A stretch of 49,694 bases of DNA. It comes from Desulfobacteraceae bacterium UBA4064. Lineage in GTDB: Bacteria; Desulfobacterota; Desulfobacteria; Desulfobacterales; Desulfatirhabdiaceae. Location of the stretch: NCBI GenBank assembly GCA_002382065.1, contig DFZE01000203.1, forward strand, positions 9,110-58,803. Reading direction: 5' to 3'. Below the pieces are notes generated by a model, which was not told where the DNA came from, did not search any database, and saw nothing but the letters and a program-made list of their open reading frames with translations. Below are positions 26,992-35,341 of this stretch, one piece after another (positions within the stretch are counted from its first letter, which is position 1; each line of letters opens with the position of its first letter). Made by a program: the position numbers and the translations under genes.

Positions 26992-27716
26992 TTGATGGTA
27001 ATCCGGATCGATGGTTTTTCCTGATAGCGAACCCGCATCAGTTTCATATCAATTTCAATTTCCCGGTTTTTCAGATTTCGAAAGGTGATTTCCCGGATTT
27101 TTTCCTTTTCTCCGCTGAAAAACGCCCTGTCGATTTTCCTTTTCAGTTTCAGTGCATCCCGGTATTCAAAAAAATCAAACAGCCGGCGACCGATAACAAC
27201 ATTCGGTTCCGGTAACTGAAGATGGATTGCGGCTGACGGGTTGATATAGCAGACAGCGTATGTGTTATCGATCAGGATGACCTTTCGGGCGTCAGAATCA
27301 ACAAAGCTTTTGAAAAGTTCGTATGTCATGGTGGATCGGCCTGCGTTTTCATTGGTGTTCTGTTTGAATGATTCCAGCTCCTGTTTCAGGGTGTCATGCT
27401 GTATCGTCAATTTGTCGAGAGCTTCCTGGATGTGCAGCGTGTGATCCCGGGCCTGATGATTGTCAATACGCGCCGTCTCCAGTTCGTCCTGCAGCCGTTT
27501 CTGTTCCAGAACGGCCTGATGGTTCTCCGAGACCAGTATCTCATTTTGGCGGTTGATTTCCTGATTGACGATGTCCTGTTGTTTGGATTGTTCAAGAATA
27601 CTGTCATAATTTGTCTGAAGACGCAGCATCTCCTGTTGCTGTGACAGCAGTGATATTTCCATTTCCTGGATCATTGTCACAAGCTCTTTTTTGGTTTTTT
27701 GCATCAGATCTGTCAT
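26988..27716 (-). CDS. coiled-coil protein with C-terminal PAS-like domain
   Basis: N-terminal ~120 aa are Q/E/L-rich coiled coil. The C-terminal VILIDNTYAVCYINPSAAIHLQL...GRRLFDFF...IEIDMKLMRV resembles a PAS fold. Confidence 0.5.
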   Translation of the reverse strand: MTDLMQKTKKELVTMIQEMEISLLSQQQEMLRLQTNYDSILEQSKQQDIVNQEINRQNEILVSENHQAVLEQKRLQDELETARIDNHQARDHTLHIQEALDKLTIQHDTLKQELESFKQNTNENAGRSTMTYELFKSFVDSDARKVILIDNTYAVCYINPSAAIHLQLPEPNVVIGRRLFDFFEYRDALKLKRKIDRAFFSGEKEKIREITFRNLKNREIEIDMKLMRVRYQEKPSIRITIK

Positions 27717-28000
27717 GTTTCACCCCGCATCCTGTTAATAAAAATGATCATGAAGCTATCATGATAAATATTGATATTCAACACAAAAAATCATATATTT
27801 ATTATATATTTTTGGACACCAAATTAAGATTTTAATCTGAAAAATAATTGATATATTAATATCAAAATAAATATATTTAAATAAATTCAGACTCTTTTGG
27901 ATATTTTTATGAATTCGAAAATATCACTTTACAGCGCCATCAATATTATCTATATTTGTACAAATAACGTACAGAATCAAATTATGGCAAAGAGGATCAA

Positions 28001-28306
28001 ATGGCTATTTTCAAGGAAGAAGACGATACCAAAAGGATGATTTTCAATATTCGATATGATCTGGCCAATCGTCTGCTAAGTGCCAGGGAAGACGCGCGAA
28101 GCATGGGAAAACGCCTGGATATAGAAACCGCAATCAATAAGGCGCTGGAAAAATTTTTGCAAAAGGCGGAGAAGCGAATACGGGAAGAAAAAAAAAAGCA
28201 GGGCCAGTTTCTTCAGCCAATTGACAAAAAAGCGGATGACCCTGTTTTGACAGCCTCTGAAAACGATGTAAATGCAATCAATATGGATGACAGGATGCAG
28301 CAATAA
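28001..28306 (+). CDS. small hypothetical protein, possible ribbon-helix-helix fold
   Basis: KRMIFNIRYDLANRLLSAREDARSMGKRLDIETAINKALEKFL has a strand-helix-helix pattern. GAGGA RBS. Sits behind a 280-nt AT-rich spacer. Confidence 0.45.
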   Translation: MAIFKEEDDTKRMIFNIRYDLANRLLSAREDARSMGKRLDIETAINKALEKFLQKAEKRIREEKKKQGQFLQPIDKKADDPVLTASENDVNAINMDDRMQQ

Positions 28307-28338
28307 AAAAATATACCTTCTACAGAAAGGAACGACCA

Positions 28339-28680
28339 ATGAAAAAAAATGAAGTCAGTGTCAAATGTAAACTGGAAGCCGATGCCGTCGCCAACCTGCT
28401 TTCAGACATGGCCAACAGTTTTCGTGAAGGAAAAGTGGTCATTCAGAAAAAAAGTTCCTTTGTTACCCTGAATCCGGCCGGAGAAATCAATGTTGAAATC
28501 GAGGCGGTCGAAAAGAAGGGTAAACAGAAAATTGAAATTGAGTTAAGCTGGAAGGAAGAGAAATTTTCGGATAAAGATGCGGATGATATTCGGGTGACCA
28601 GTGATGAACCCTGCCTGGATGAGTCCATGCCGGATGAAGATCAGCCAGAAAGAAATCCGATCCTGTATCGTCAGTGGTAA
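28339..28680 (+). CDS. amphi-Trp domain protein
   Basis: EADAVANLLSDMANSFREGKVVIQKK..VTLNPAGEINVEIEAVEKKGKQKIEIELSWKEE has the amphipathic helix, beta hairpin and conserved ELxW layout. Acidic tail. Confidence 0.65.
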   Translation: MKKNEVSVKCKLEADAVANLLSDMANSFREGKVVIQKKSSFVTLNPAGEINVEIEAVEKKGKQKIEIELSWKEEKFSDKDADDIRVTSDEPCLDESMPDEDQPERNPILYRQW

Positions 28681-28752
28681 TGCCTGAAACCGGATGACAG
28701 CTTTTTGTTTGTGGCTTCGGATGGCACAAAGGCGGCTGACTGAATTGTCTGA

Positions 28753-28894
28753 GAGTCTGTTTGAAGATTCTGGATCAGGCCCGATAACAAGGCGGAAAGC
28801 GCCTCTAAAGCGGAGCATATACGGAGTATGTGAGCATTTTGAGGTGCTTTCCAACGCAGTTAGCGGGCCTCAGACGTGATCTTCAAACAGGCTT
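28753..28894 (+). repeat. 142-nt rod-like repeat, copy B
   Basis: See copy A at 9753..9894. Terminal pairing AGTCTGTTTGAAGAT / ATCTTCAAACAGGCT includes a C-to-T change that keeps pairing as G-U. Confidence 0.7.
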
Positions 28895-29007
28895 TGACCG
28901 GATCATCCCGGTATTGGAATCCGAATCGATTTATTTCGACGTTCACCCCGATACCGGTTGCAACCCAAACGGCTTCATTGCAGATTCACGTGAAGGCGGC
29001 GCAATAA

Positions 29008-29433
29008 TTACCGGTTTTCGGCAATCCATTCCCTGATTCTGTGTTCAATCTGATCACGGACCTGCCGTGTTTTGGCGATTTTTTCATCCCATGTTCCGGA
29101 AAACCGGGCCGGATCATCAAATGGCCAGTGATGCCGTTTGGTAATGCCCGGGAAAATGGGGCATTTGTTTGCCAGATCATCACACACCGTGATGACATGC
29201 CCATAGAGATTTCCCTGCCGGAACAGATCAAAGACACTTTGTGCGTGTTTACCACTCATCTCTATTCCCGCCTCTTTCATGACTTCAATGACCAGGGGAT
29301 TGATTTCCCGCGGTTCCAGTCCGGCGCTTTCAACCTCAAACTGATCATCGCCATGTTTGCGTAAAAATGCTTCCGCCATCTGGCTTCTGGCGCTGTTATG
29401 TTCACAGATGAATAACACACGTGTTTTGGTCAT
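29008..29433 (-). CDS. arsC: arsenate reductase, LMW-PTP / thioredoxin-coupled type
   Basis: VLFICEHNSARSQMAEAF (CX5R(S) P-loop) and VITVCDDLANKCP (second Cys pair). Start set at ATG 29433 (M36 of the track ORF), because the extension lies in a repeat element. Confidence 0.85.
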   Translation of the reverse strand: MTKTRVLFICEHNSARSQMAEAFLRKHGDDQFEVESAGLEPREINPLVIEVMKEAGIEMSGKHAQSVFDLFRQGNLYGHVITVCDDLANKCPIFPGITKRHHWPFDDPARFSGTWDEKIAKTRQVRDQIEHRIREWIAENR

Positions 29434-29466
29434 ACGGGTTTTCCTTTTCAAAAAAAGTGTGAAAAA

Positions 29467-29564
29467 GGCTGAAGGCTGAAGGCTCTGCATACCGCATTCA
29501 GGCCGATCAGCCGTCTGACGGTCAGACTGCATTCTCAATACTCTCTACTCATGTCTCAATGCTG
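29467..29564 (+). repeat. GGCTGAAG modular intergenic repeat, copy 2
   Basis: GGCTGAAGGCTGAAGGCT..CCGCATTCAGGCCGATCAGCCG, then hairpin GTCTGA-CGG-TCAGAC, then CATTCTCAATACTCTCTACTCATGTCTCAATGCTG. Confidence 0.7.
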
Positions 29565-29565
29565 T

Positions 29566-30897
29566 TCACAATAAATTGCTCGCCAGCTCGGACAGCTCCG
29601 ACCGCTCCCCTTTTTCCAGATTGATATGCGCATACAGTTTTTGTCCATGCATTTTCTCTATCAGATAACTGAGTCCGTTTGACTGGGTATTCAGATAGGG
29701 ATGGTCAATCTGAAAAATATCACCGGTAAACACAATTTTGGTGTTCTCGCCGGCCCGGGTGATGATGGTTTTGACTTCATGCGGTGTCAGGTTCTGGGCT
29801 TCATCCACAATAAAATAGATGTTGACCAGGCTTCGCCCGCGAATATAGGCCAGCGCAGATATGACCAGCTTGTTTTCATCCAGAAGCCGGTTGACGGATT
29901 CCCGTGTCGATTCGGATTTGCCGAAATGACTCTTGATGACGCTCAGATTGTCAAACAATGGCTGCATATACGGATCCAGTTTGGACTGAATGTCACCCGG
30001 AAGAAAACCGATATCCTTGTTGCTGAGGGGAACGACCGGTCTGGCCAGAAAAATCTGTCGGTAATTCTTTTTGCGGTGAAGGGCGGCGGCCAGTGCCAGA
30101 AGTGTTTTTCCGGTCCCGGCTTTTCCGCTGAGGGTAACCAGTTGGATATTGCTGTTGGTCAGGGCATCCAGCGCAAAGGTTTGCTCGGCATTGCGCGGCA
30201 GGATGCCATATGCCGGGTTCTTGTCAATCCGCCTGATTTTCCGGATGAACGGGTCAAAGGTTGCCAGTACGGATTTGCTGTTGTTTCTGAGGACAAAATA
30301 TTCGTTGGATACCGAATCAGTTTCAATGGGTATTTCTGATGGATCGATTTCAAACGGATCCTCAACCATTTTTTTGAGTACACTTTCCGGGATGTTCTCC
30401 AGAAAGCGCTTGCCCGTATAAAGCGTTGCAATATCCTTGACCTGATCGCTTTTATAGTCCTGGGCCAAAAGCCCGATAGATTTTGCCTTGATCCGGAGAT
30501 TGACATCCTTGGTGACCAGAATGACCTGAAGGGATGGTTTTTCCGTTGCGACATGGTAGGCGATATTGAGGACATGATGATCCGGTCTGGATTCTGAAAA
30601 ACTCAATACAAGGTCTTCATGAAATTTCTGGTCCAGCCTGACCGTTATCTTTCCAAGCCCTGGCCCGATGGGTACACCACCGTTGAACAGGTGGTCGCCA
30701 CACAAAATATCCAGTGTGCGGACAAATTCCCGGGCATGAAAGTTCAGAATTTCACTGCCCTTTTTGAACTGATCCAGTTCCTCCAGTACGGTTACCGGAA
30801 TAACGACATTATTCTCTCCAAAGTGATAAATACAGGCGCTGTCATGAAGAATGACATTGGTATCCAGAATGTAGGTAATTTTCTTTTTTCGTGGCAT
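29566..30897 (-). CDS. PIN-domain / PhoH-like ATPase fusion (PhoH2 / YlaK type)
   Basis: N-terminal PIN (YILDTNVILHD...VLEELD) and C-terminal PhoH ATPase (LSGKAGTGKTLLALAAAL, FIVDEAQNL). Confidence 0.85.
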   Translation of the reverse strand: MPRKKKITYILDTNVILHDSACIYHFGENNVVIPVTVLEELDQFKKGSEILNFHAREFVRTLDILCGDHLFNGGVPIGPGLGKITVRLDQKFHEDLVLSFSESRPDHHVLNIAYHVATEKPSLQVILVTKDVNLRIKAKSIGLLAQDYKSDQVKDIATLYTGKRFLENIPESVLKKMVEDPFEIDPSEIPIETDSVSNEYFVLRNNSKSVLATFDPFIRKIRRIDKNPAYGILPRNAEQTFALDALTNSNIQLVTLSGKAGTGKTLLALAAALHRKKNYRQIFLARPVVPLSNKDIGFLPGDIQSKLDPYMQPLFDNLSVIKSHFGKSESTRESVNRLLDENKLVISALAYIRGRSLVNIYFIVDEAQNLTPHEVKTIITRAGENTKIVFTGDIFQIDHPYLNTQSNGLSYLIEKMHGQKLYAHINLEKGERSELSELASNLL

Positions 30898-31012
30898 CGC
30901 ATAACCTGTGTTTTTGAGATTGATGAATTGTGGACCGGTATGGCATGGTTGCCTAACCCCTCCTCTGAAAATTCTCCTTTCATCATATAAAAATTTCTTC
31001 GATCATCTCCAA

Positions 31013-31046
31013 CCGAAAACGCTCCCCCAATCTTTATCCTGAAAGC
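31013..31046 (+). promoter_or_regulatory. conserved 34-nt motif, copy a
   Basis: CCGAAAACGCTCCCCCAATCTTTATCCTGAAAGC aligns without gaps to 38761..38794 and 49107..49140. Confidence 0.55.
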
Positions 31047-31074
31047 CATACCGGATATTCACCCTAACGCACAA

Positions 31075-31103
31075 CAATTAGGAACGTATTAGATTTTTGT
31101 TAG
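31075..31103 (-). promoter_or_regulatory. Pho-box-like heptamer array oriented toward the PIN-PhoH gene
   Basis: The minus strand reads CTAACAA-aaat-CTAATAC-gttc-CTAATTG: three 7-mers at exact 11-bp spacing. Confidence 0.5.
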
Positions 31104-31173
31104 GAAATTGTGACCGCCGCCGCTTTTCCCATTATTCATGATCTGTGGACGGACGGAGCATTTTCATCAAGTC

Positions 31174-31213
31174 CTAACCGGATATTAATCCATCCCTAAC
31201 AATTCGGACATAA
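31174..31213 (+). promoter_or_regulatory. Pho-box-like heptamer array oriented toward the PstS-like gene
   Basis: CTAACCG-gata-TTAATCC-atcc-CTAACAA-ttcg-GACATAA with 11-bp periodicity. Confidence 0.5.
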
Positions 31214-31310
31214 AATGCTCATGGTTCATTCAATCCCACAGGATTTCCGGCCGGACCTGATGAGTACCGGAATAACCTTTTCTGGTCAACACATGAAATT
31301 GGGGCGTGGT

Positions 31311-32363
31311 ATGGCAAGAAGACTGATCATCTGTCTTATGATCGTTTCGGGGATGCTGGTTTCAGAATTTTCAATGGCGCAACCCATTCTGAATGGTGCG
31401 GGCGCCACGTTCCCCAGTCCATTGTATCGGAAATGGATCGATGCGTACCGCCAGGTTTCGGATACCAGAATCGATTACCGGGAAACCGGTTCCGGGAGGG
31501 GGATTCAGCTTTTTCTGGATCAACAGGTGGATTTTGGGGGAACCGATGTATTTCTGGCAGATGAAGAAATTCAAAGATGTCCCCGGGAAATCATTCATAT
31601 CCCCACCTGTATGAGTGCGGTAGCGGTCATATTCAATCTGCGCCACAACACGGATATCAGGCTGTCACCGGATATGCTTGCCGATATTTTTATGGGACAC
31701 ATTACCCGATGGTCTGACAAAAGGCTTGTCAGCATCAATCCCGAACTTTCCGGTGTTGATCTGAATATCACGGTGATTCACCGGTCAGACAGCAGTGGAA
31801 CGACCCATATTTTTTCAGATTATCTCTCAAAAGCCGACAAAACCTGGTCCATAAATATGGGATGCGGGACATTGCTGAAATGGCCGGTTGGGCTGGGACT
31901 GGAAGGTAATCCCGGCGTGACGGAATACGTCAAAAAAGTGCCTGGAAGCATCAGCTATGTGTCGCTGAATTATGCGGTTGAAAACAATCTGCCGGCAGCG
32001 TTGGTTCAAAACAGGACAGGCAACTTCATTCGGCCATCCCGCCAATCTGTCTCACTGGCCGGGGATGTGGCTGTTCCAGAGGATCTGCGCATCATCATAA
32101 CCGACACGTTGGCCTGCGGGGGTTATCCCATCAGCGCATTCACCTACCTGCTCGTTTACAAAGAGCAGGGATATCTGAATCGATCCCGGGAAACAGCCAA
32201 GTCTCTGGTCGATTTCCTTCTGTGGATTACAACAAAAGGCCAGTCGTTTACCGAATCGATGAATTATGCCCATCTTCCCCCGTCCGCTGCGCCAATTGTC
32301 GCGAAAGCCATTCATTCCATCATGTACAAAGGAGATATGATTTGCATATCGGAAAAACCGTAA
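31311..32363 (+). CDS. pstS: phosphate ABC transporter substrate-binding protein (PstS family)
   Basis: Signal peptide MARRLIICLMIVSGMLVSEFSMA followed by NGAGATFPSPLYRKWIDAY and HRSDSSGTT. Start is uncertain: ATG 31311 is preferred, and 31293 and 31215 are also in frame. Confidence 0.8.
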   Translation: MARRLIICLMIVSGMLVSEFSMAQPILNGAGATFPSPLYRKWIDAYRQVSDTRIDYRETGSGRGIQLFLDQQVDFGGTDVFLADEEIQRCPREIIHIPTCMSAVAVIFNLRHNTDIRLSPDMLADIFMGHITRWSDKRLVSINPELSGVDLNITVIHRSDSSGTTHIFSDYLSKADKTWSINMGCGTLLKWPVGLGLEGNPGVTEYVKKVPGSISYVSLNYAVENNLPAALVQNRTGNFIRPSRQSVSLAGDVAVPEDLRIIITDTLACGGYPISAFTYLLVYKEQGYLNRSRETAKSLVDFLLWITTKGQSFTESMNYAHLPPSAAPIVAKAIHSIMYKGDMICISEKP

Positions 32364-34489
32364 ATGGCAGGTGGATGTGGGGTAAAACCGGACAGTATCT
32401 GTTTCGAATCATGTGGATTATGGCCGTTTTGTTTACCGTAGTTGTCAAACATGAATCCCATGCGTCAGAATTACAAGTAACGATTGGCATCAGTGAATTC
32501 GAGCCGTTATATTGTATTTCCGATCAGGTCATCGATTCCGGAATGATCGTGACCGTGCTGCGGAAGATTGCCACGGAAGAAAACTGGCATATCCGGTTGG
32601 TCCCCGGCACACGCGAAAAAACACTTGAAAGACTGGAATCCGGTGAAGTCGATATTGCGGCGATGATACCCTACAAACGACAGCCGGACCGAAGATTCGA
32701 TTTCAATCAGGAAACCCTTTTGTCAACCTGGGCCCAAATCTATTGCGGCGAAACACTGGAAATACAATCCTTTCTGGATCTGGCCGGTCGATCCATCGGC
32801 GTCATTCGGGAAGATGAATATGCCAGAGCCATACGAAATACGGTTGCCGGGTTGAATATTTCCTGCAGAATTGTGGAGTTCAATCATCCTGTTGAAATAT
32901 TCCAGGCGATTCAGAAAGGCTGGATCGATGCGGGTGTTGTGGACCGTTTTCAGGGTCATCTGAATGCCAAAATGGATGGCGTCAAACAGACATCCATTAT
33001 CTTTTCACCCATTGAACTCCGCCTGGCGTCGTTGAAAAACCAGAACAGGAACCTCCTGGATGCCATCGATTACGGTCTGAAAAAACAGAAAAATGCGCCA
33101 GATTCCGTATATCATCGGGAACTCGGCAAAATCATTGGCGGACTGGATGATTCTGCTGCTTACCGGCGCCTGATGGTGTGGCTGATTGCCTGTTCGGGCT
33201 TTCTGATATTCACCGGTATGGCGGCAGTCCTGTTGCGCTATCAGGTCAGAAAAAAAACCGCGGAGTTGTTACAGAATCAACAGGTTCTGAAGGATGAAAT
33301 TATTGCCAGACGCAGCGCCGAAGAACGGTATAAAAGCATTTTTGAAAATACGGGTACGGCGACCGTTCTGATTGAAGAGGACATGACCCTGTCCATGATC
33401 AACGAAAATGCCGCCAAACTGCTGGGTTACCCCAGGGAACAGATAGAAGGCAAAATGAAAACCGGTGATTTTATCACCGGTGAAGTATTTCAAATGGTCA
33501 GCCGGTTTCACCGGGACAGACGGCGGGGAGATCCAAATGTACCCACCGAATACGAAGCCCAACTGATCAATAGAAACGGCGATAAAAAAGAAATCTTTTT
33601 CCGGGTGGGCATGCTTCCGGAAACCCGGACCAGTATCGCCTCCCTGATTGACATCACGGACAAAAAACAAATGGAACACCAATTGCGACAGGCTCATAAA
33701 CTGCAGGCCATTGGCGCCCTGGCAGGTGGCATCGCACATGATTTCAACAATGTTCTCACCGGAATAATGGGATATGCGGAAATGGCGCTTAAAGACCCGG
33801 AAAATCCATCCCTGCTGACAAAACGGATCGGCCATATTCTGACCGCCGGCGCCAGGGCCCGGGAACTGATCCGGCAGATTTTGACATTCAGCCGTCAAAA
33901 CGAGCACAGGGTCGAACCGGTTATCATGAACCATATCCTGGAAGAAACACTCCGGCTGATTCAGGCCACTGTTCCGGGCACAATTACCATAAAAACCAGA
34001 AACGATGCGCCCGCCGGAATGATTATGGCAGATCCCACCCAGATTCATCAGGTTATTCTGAACCTCTGCACCAATGCCATTCAGTCCATGGGGAACAATC
34101 GGGGGGAATTGATGGCATCTCTGAATACCGTTGTATTGAATGGCGCGGCGGTTCGATTCCAGCCCCCGCTGAAGCCCGGAAAATATGTGCAACTGACCAT
34201 CCGGGATACCGGCCAGGGAATGAGCCCTGACATCGTCGATCGGATATTCGATCCGTTTTTTACCACCAAAAAGCCGGGCGATGGTACGGGAATGGGGCTT
34301 TCGGTTGTTCATGGTATTGTAAAGAGCCTTCAGGGCAGCATCGCAGTTCACAGTGAATACGGAAAAGGCTCGATATTTGATGTTTATATTCCGGCTGCAG
34401 ACAGCCATATCGGTCAACCCGGTGTATCACACAGGATCGATGCGGTTGCTGTCGAACCAAAGATGCTTTCCGGCCAATGCGAACACTGA
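32342..34489 (+). CDS. sensor histidine kinase (periplasmic SBP_3-like domain, TM, PAS, HisKA, HATPase) lacking a receiver domain
   Basis: GGIAHDFNNVLTGIMGYAEMAL H-box, LNLCTNAIQSM, DTGQGM, GTGMGLSVVHGIV. TTG 32342 is 7 nt after AAGGAG, and ATG 32375 is an alternative start. Confidence 0.8.
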   Translation: MHIGKTVNGRWMWGKTGQYLFRIMWIMAVLFTVVVKHESHASELQVTIGISEFEPLYCISDQVIDSGMIVTVLRKIATEENWHIRLVPGTREKTLERLESGEVDIAAMIPYKRQPDRRFDFNQETLLSTWAQIYCGETLEIQSFLDLAGRSIGVIREDEYARAIRNTVAGLNISCRIVEFNHPVEIFQAIQKGWIDAGVVDRFQGHLNAKMDGVKQTSIIFSPIELRLASLKNQNRNLLDAIDYGLKKQKNAPDSVYHRELGKIIGGLDDSAAYRRLMVWLIACSGFLIFTGMAAVLLRYQVRKKTAELLQNQQVLKDEIIARRSAEERYKSIFENTGTATVLIEEDMTLSMINENAAKLLGYPREQIEGKMKTGDFITGEVFQMVSRFHRDRRRGDPNVPTEYEAQLINRNGDKKEIFFRVGMLPETRTSIASLIDITDKKQMEHQLRQAHKLQAIGALAGGIAHDFNNVLTGIMGYAEMALKDPENPSLLTKRIGHILTAGARARELIRQILTFSRQNEHRVEPVIMNHILEETLRLIQATVPGTITIKTRNDAPAGMIMADPTQIHQVILNLCTNAIQSMGNNRGELMASLNTVVLNGAAVRFQPPLKPGKYVQLTIRDTGQGMSPDIVDRIFDPFFTTKKPGDGTGMGLSVVHGIVKSLQGSIAVHSEYGKGSIFDVYIPAADSHIGQPGVSHRIDAVAVEPKMLSGQCEH

Positions 34490-34515
34490 CCGGAGGCAGC
34501 TTGAGCGGTTTGCTG

Positions 34516-34555
34516 ATAACTGATTATTAACAATAAACTAATCAAATCCTAATAA
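34516..34555 (+). promoter_or_regulatory. Pho-box-like heptamer array upstream of the GAK-type operon
   Basis: ATAACTG-atta-TTAACAA-taaa-CTAATCA-aatc-CTAATAA with 11-bp periodicity. TTAACAAtaaaCTAATCAaa is almost identical to 45916..45935. Confidence 0.55.
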
Positions 34556-34678
34556 TGTTTTGTTATACCCTTCCAAATTGACAATTATAGTCGTGACATC
34601 AATCGGAGATCCCTTCGATTGCGAGCCAAAAGCATTATTTTGACAGTCCCATCATCAATTGCATCCAGGAGATTTGCC

Positions 34679-35227
34679 ATGAAAAAGAAAGGGAACAAAG
34701 AGGAGATTCTTGTCTATGGAGAAAATGCCGTCGTGTTTCTCCAGAGTATCGTTGATGGTTTATCCAGAAAGCGGGTTGAACCCTCATCGGGATTGATTGA
34801 CTTTTCACGGCTCAAAAAACTGAAAATCTCTGTAAAAAAGAAATTTGAACAGCCCTATGTCAAATGCAAAGTCAAGTACAAAGACAACGAGGACATCCTG
34901 CAGGATCTGGTTGAAGGCTCTGAACCGGATACGGAAAAGCCGGATTACGGTCTTCTGAAAAAGCGGATGAAAAACACATTTCAAAGTATCGGCGACCGTC
35001 TGACAAACGGCAGTTTTCCATCCAGTCTGGAAATGGATCTGTTTTGTAAAAACGCCAGACTGATGACCACTTATGACGGTTATGGGGACAGCATGTATAC
35101 GGAATTTCTACAACTGATCGAAGCTTTTCAGGATGCGTTTCACAAGGATGATATCAAAACATGTCAGGAAAAATATCTTGAAATCAAGGATATGAAAACA
35201 GCCTGTCATCATGACGAAAAAGGCTGA
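34679..35227 (+). CDS. XXXCH-domain small protein (GAK-system type)
   Basis: Ends ...LEIKDMKTACHHDEKG. The N-terminal half resembles an amphi-Trp-like fold (AVVFLQSIVDGLSRKRVE...KLKISVKKK). ATG 34679 is 8 nt after AGGAG. Confidence 0.6.
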   Translation: MKKKGNKEEILVYGENAVVFLQSIVDGLSRKRVEPSSGLIDFSRLKKLKISVKKKFEQPYVKCKVKYKDNEDILQDLVEGSEPDTEKPDYGLLKKRMKNTFQSIGDRLTNGSFPSSLEMDLFCKNARLMTTYDGYGDSMYTEFLQLIEAFQDAFHKDDIKTCQEKYLEIKDMKTACHHDEKG

Positions 35228-35326
35228 AGACTGAAGACTGAAGGGACCGCATTACCGCATTCACGCGTGGCAGCCGTTGGACAGGCAGGCTGTTTCTCAA
35301 TACGCACGGCTCATGCCTCAATACTG
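35222..35326 (+). repeat. GGCTGAAG modular intergenic repeat, copy 3
   Basis: GGCTGAAGACTGAAGACTGAAGG..CCGCATT..CAGCCG, a hairpin, then TTTCTCAATACGCACGGCTCATGCCTCAATACTG. Its first GGCTGA provides the stop codon of the upstream gene. Confidence 0.7.
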
Positions 35327-35341
35327 AATCAAAAGAAAGCA

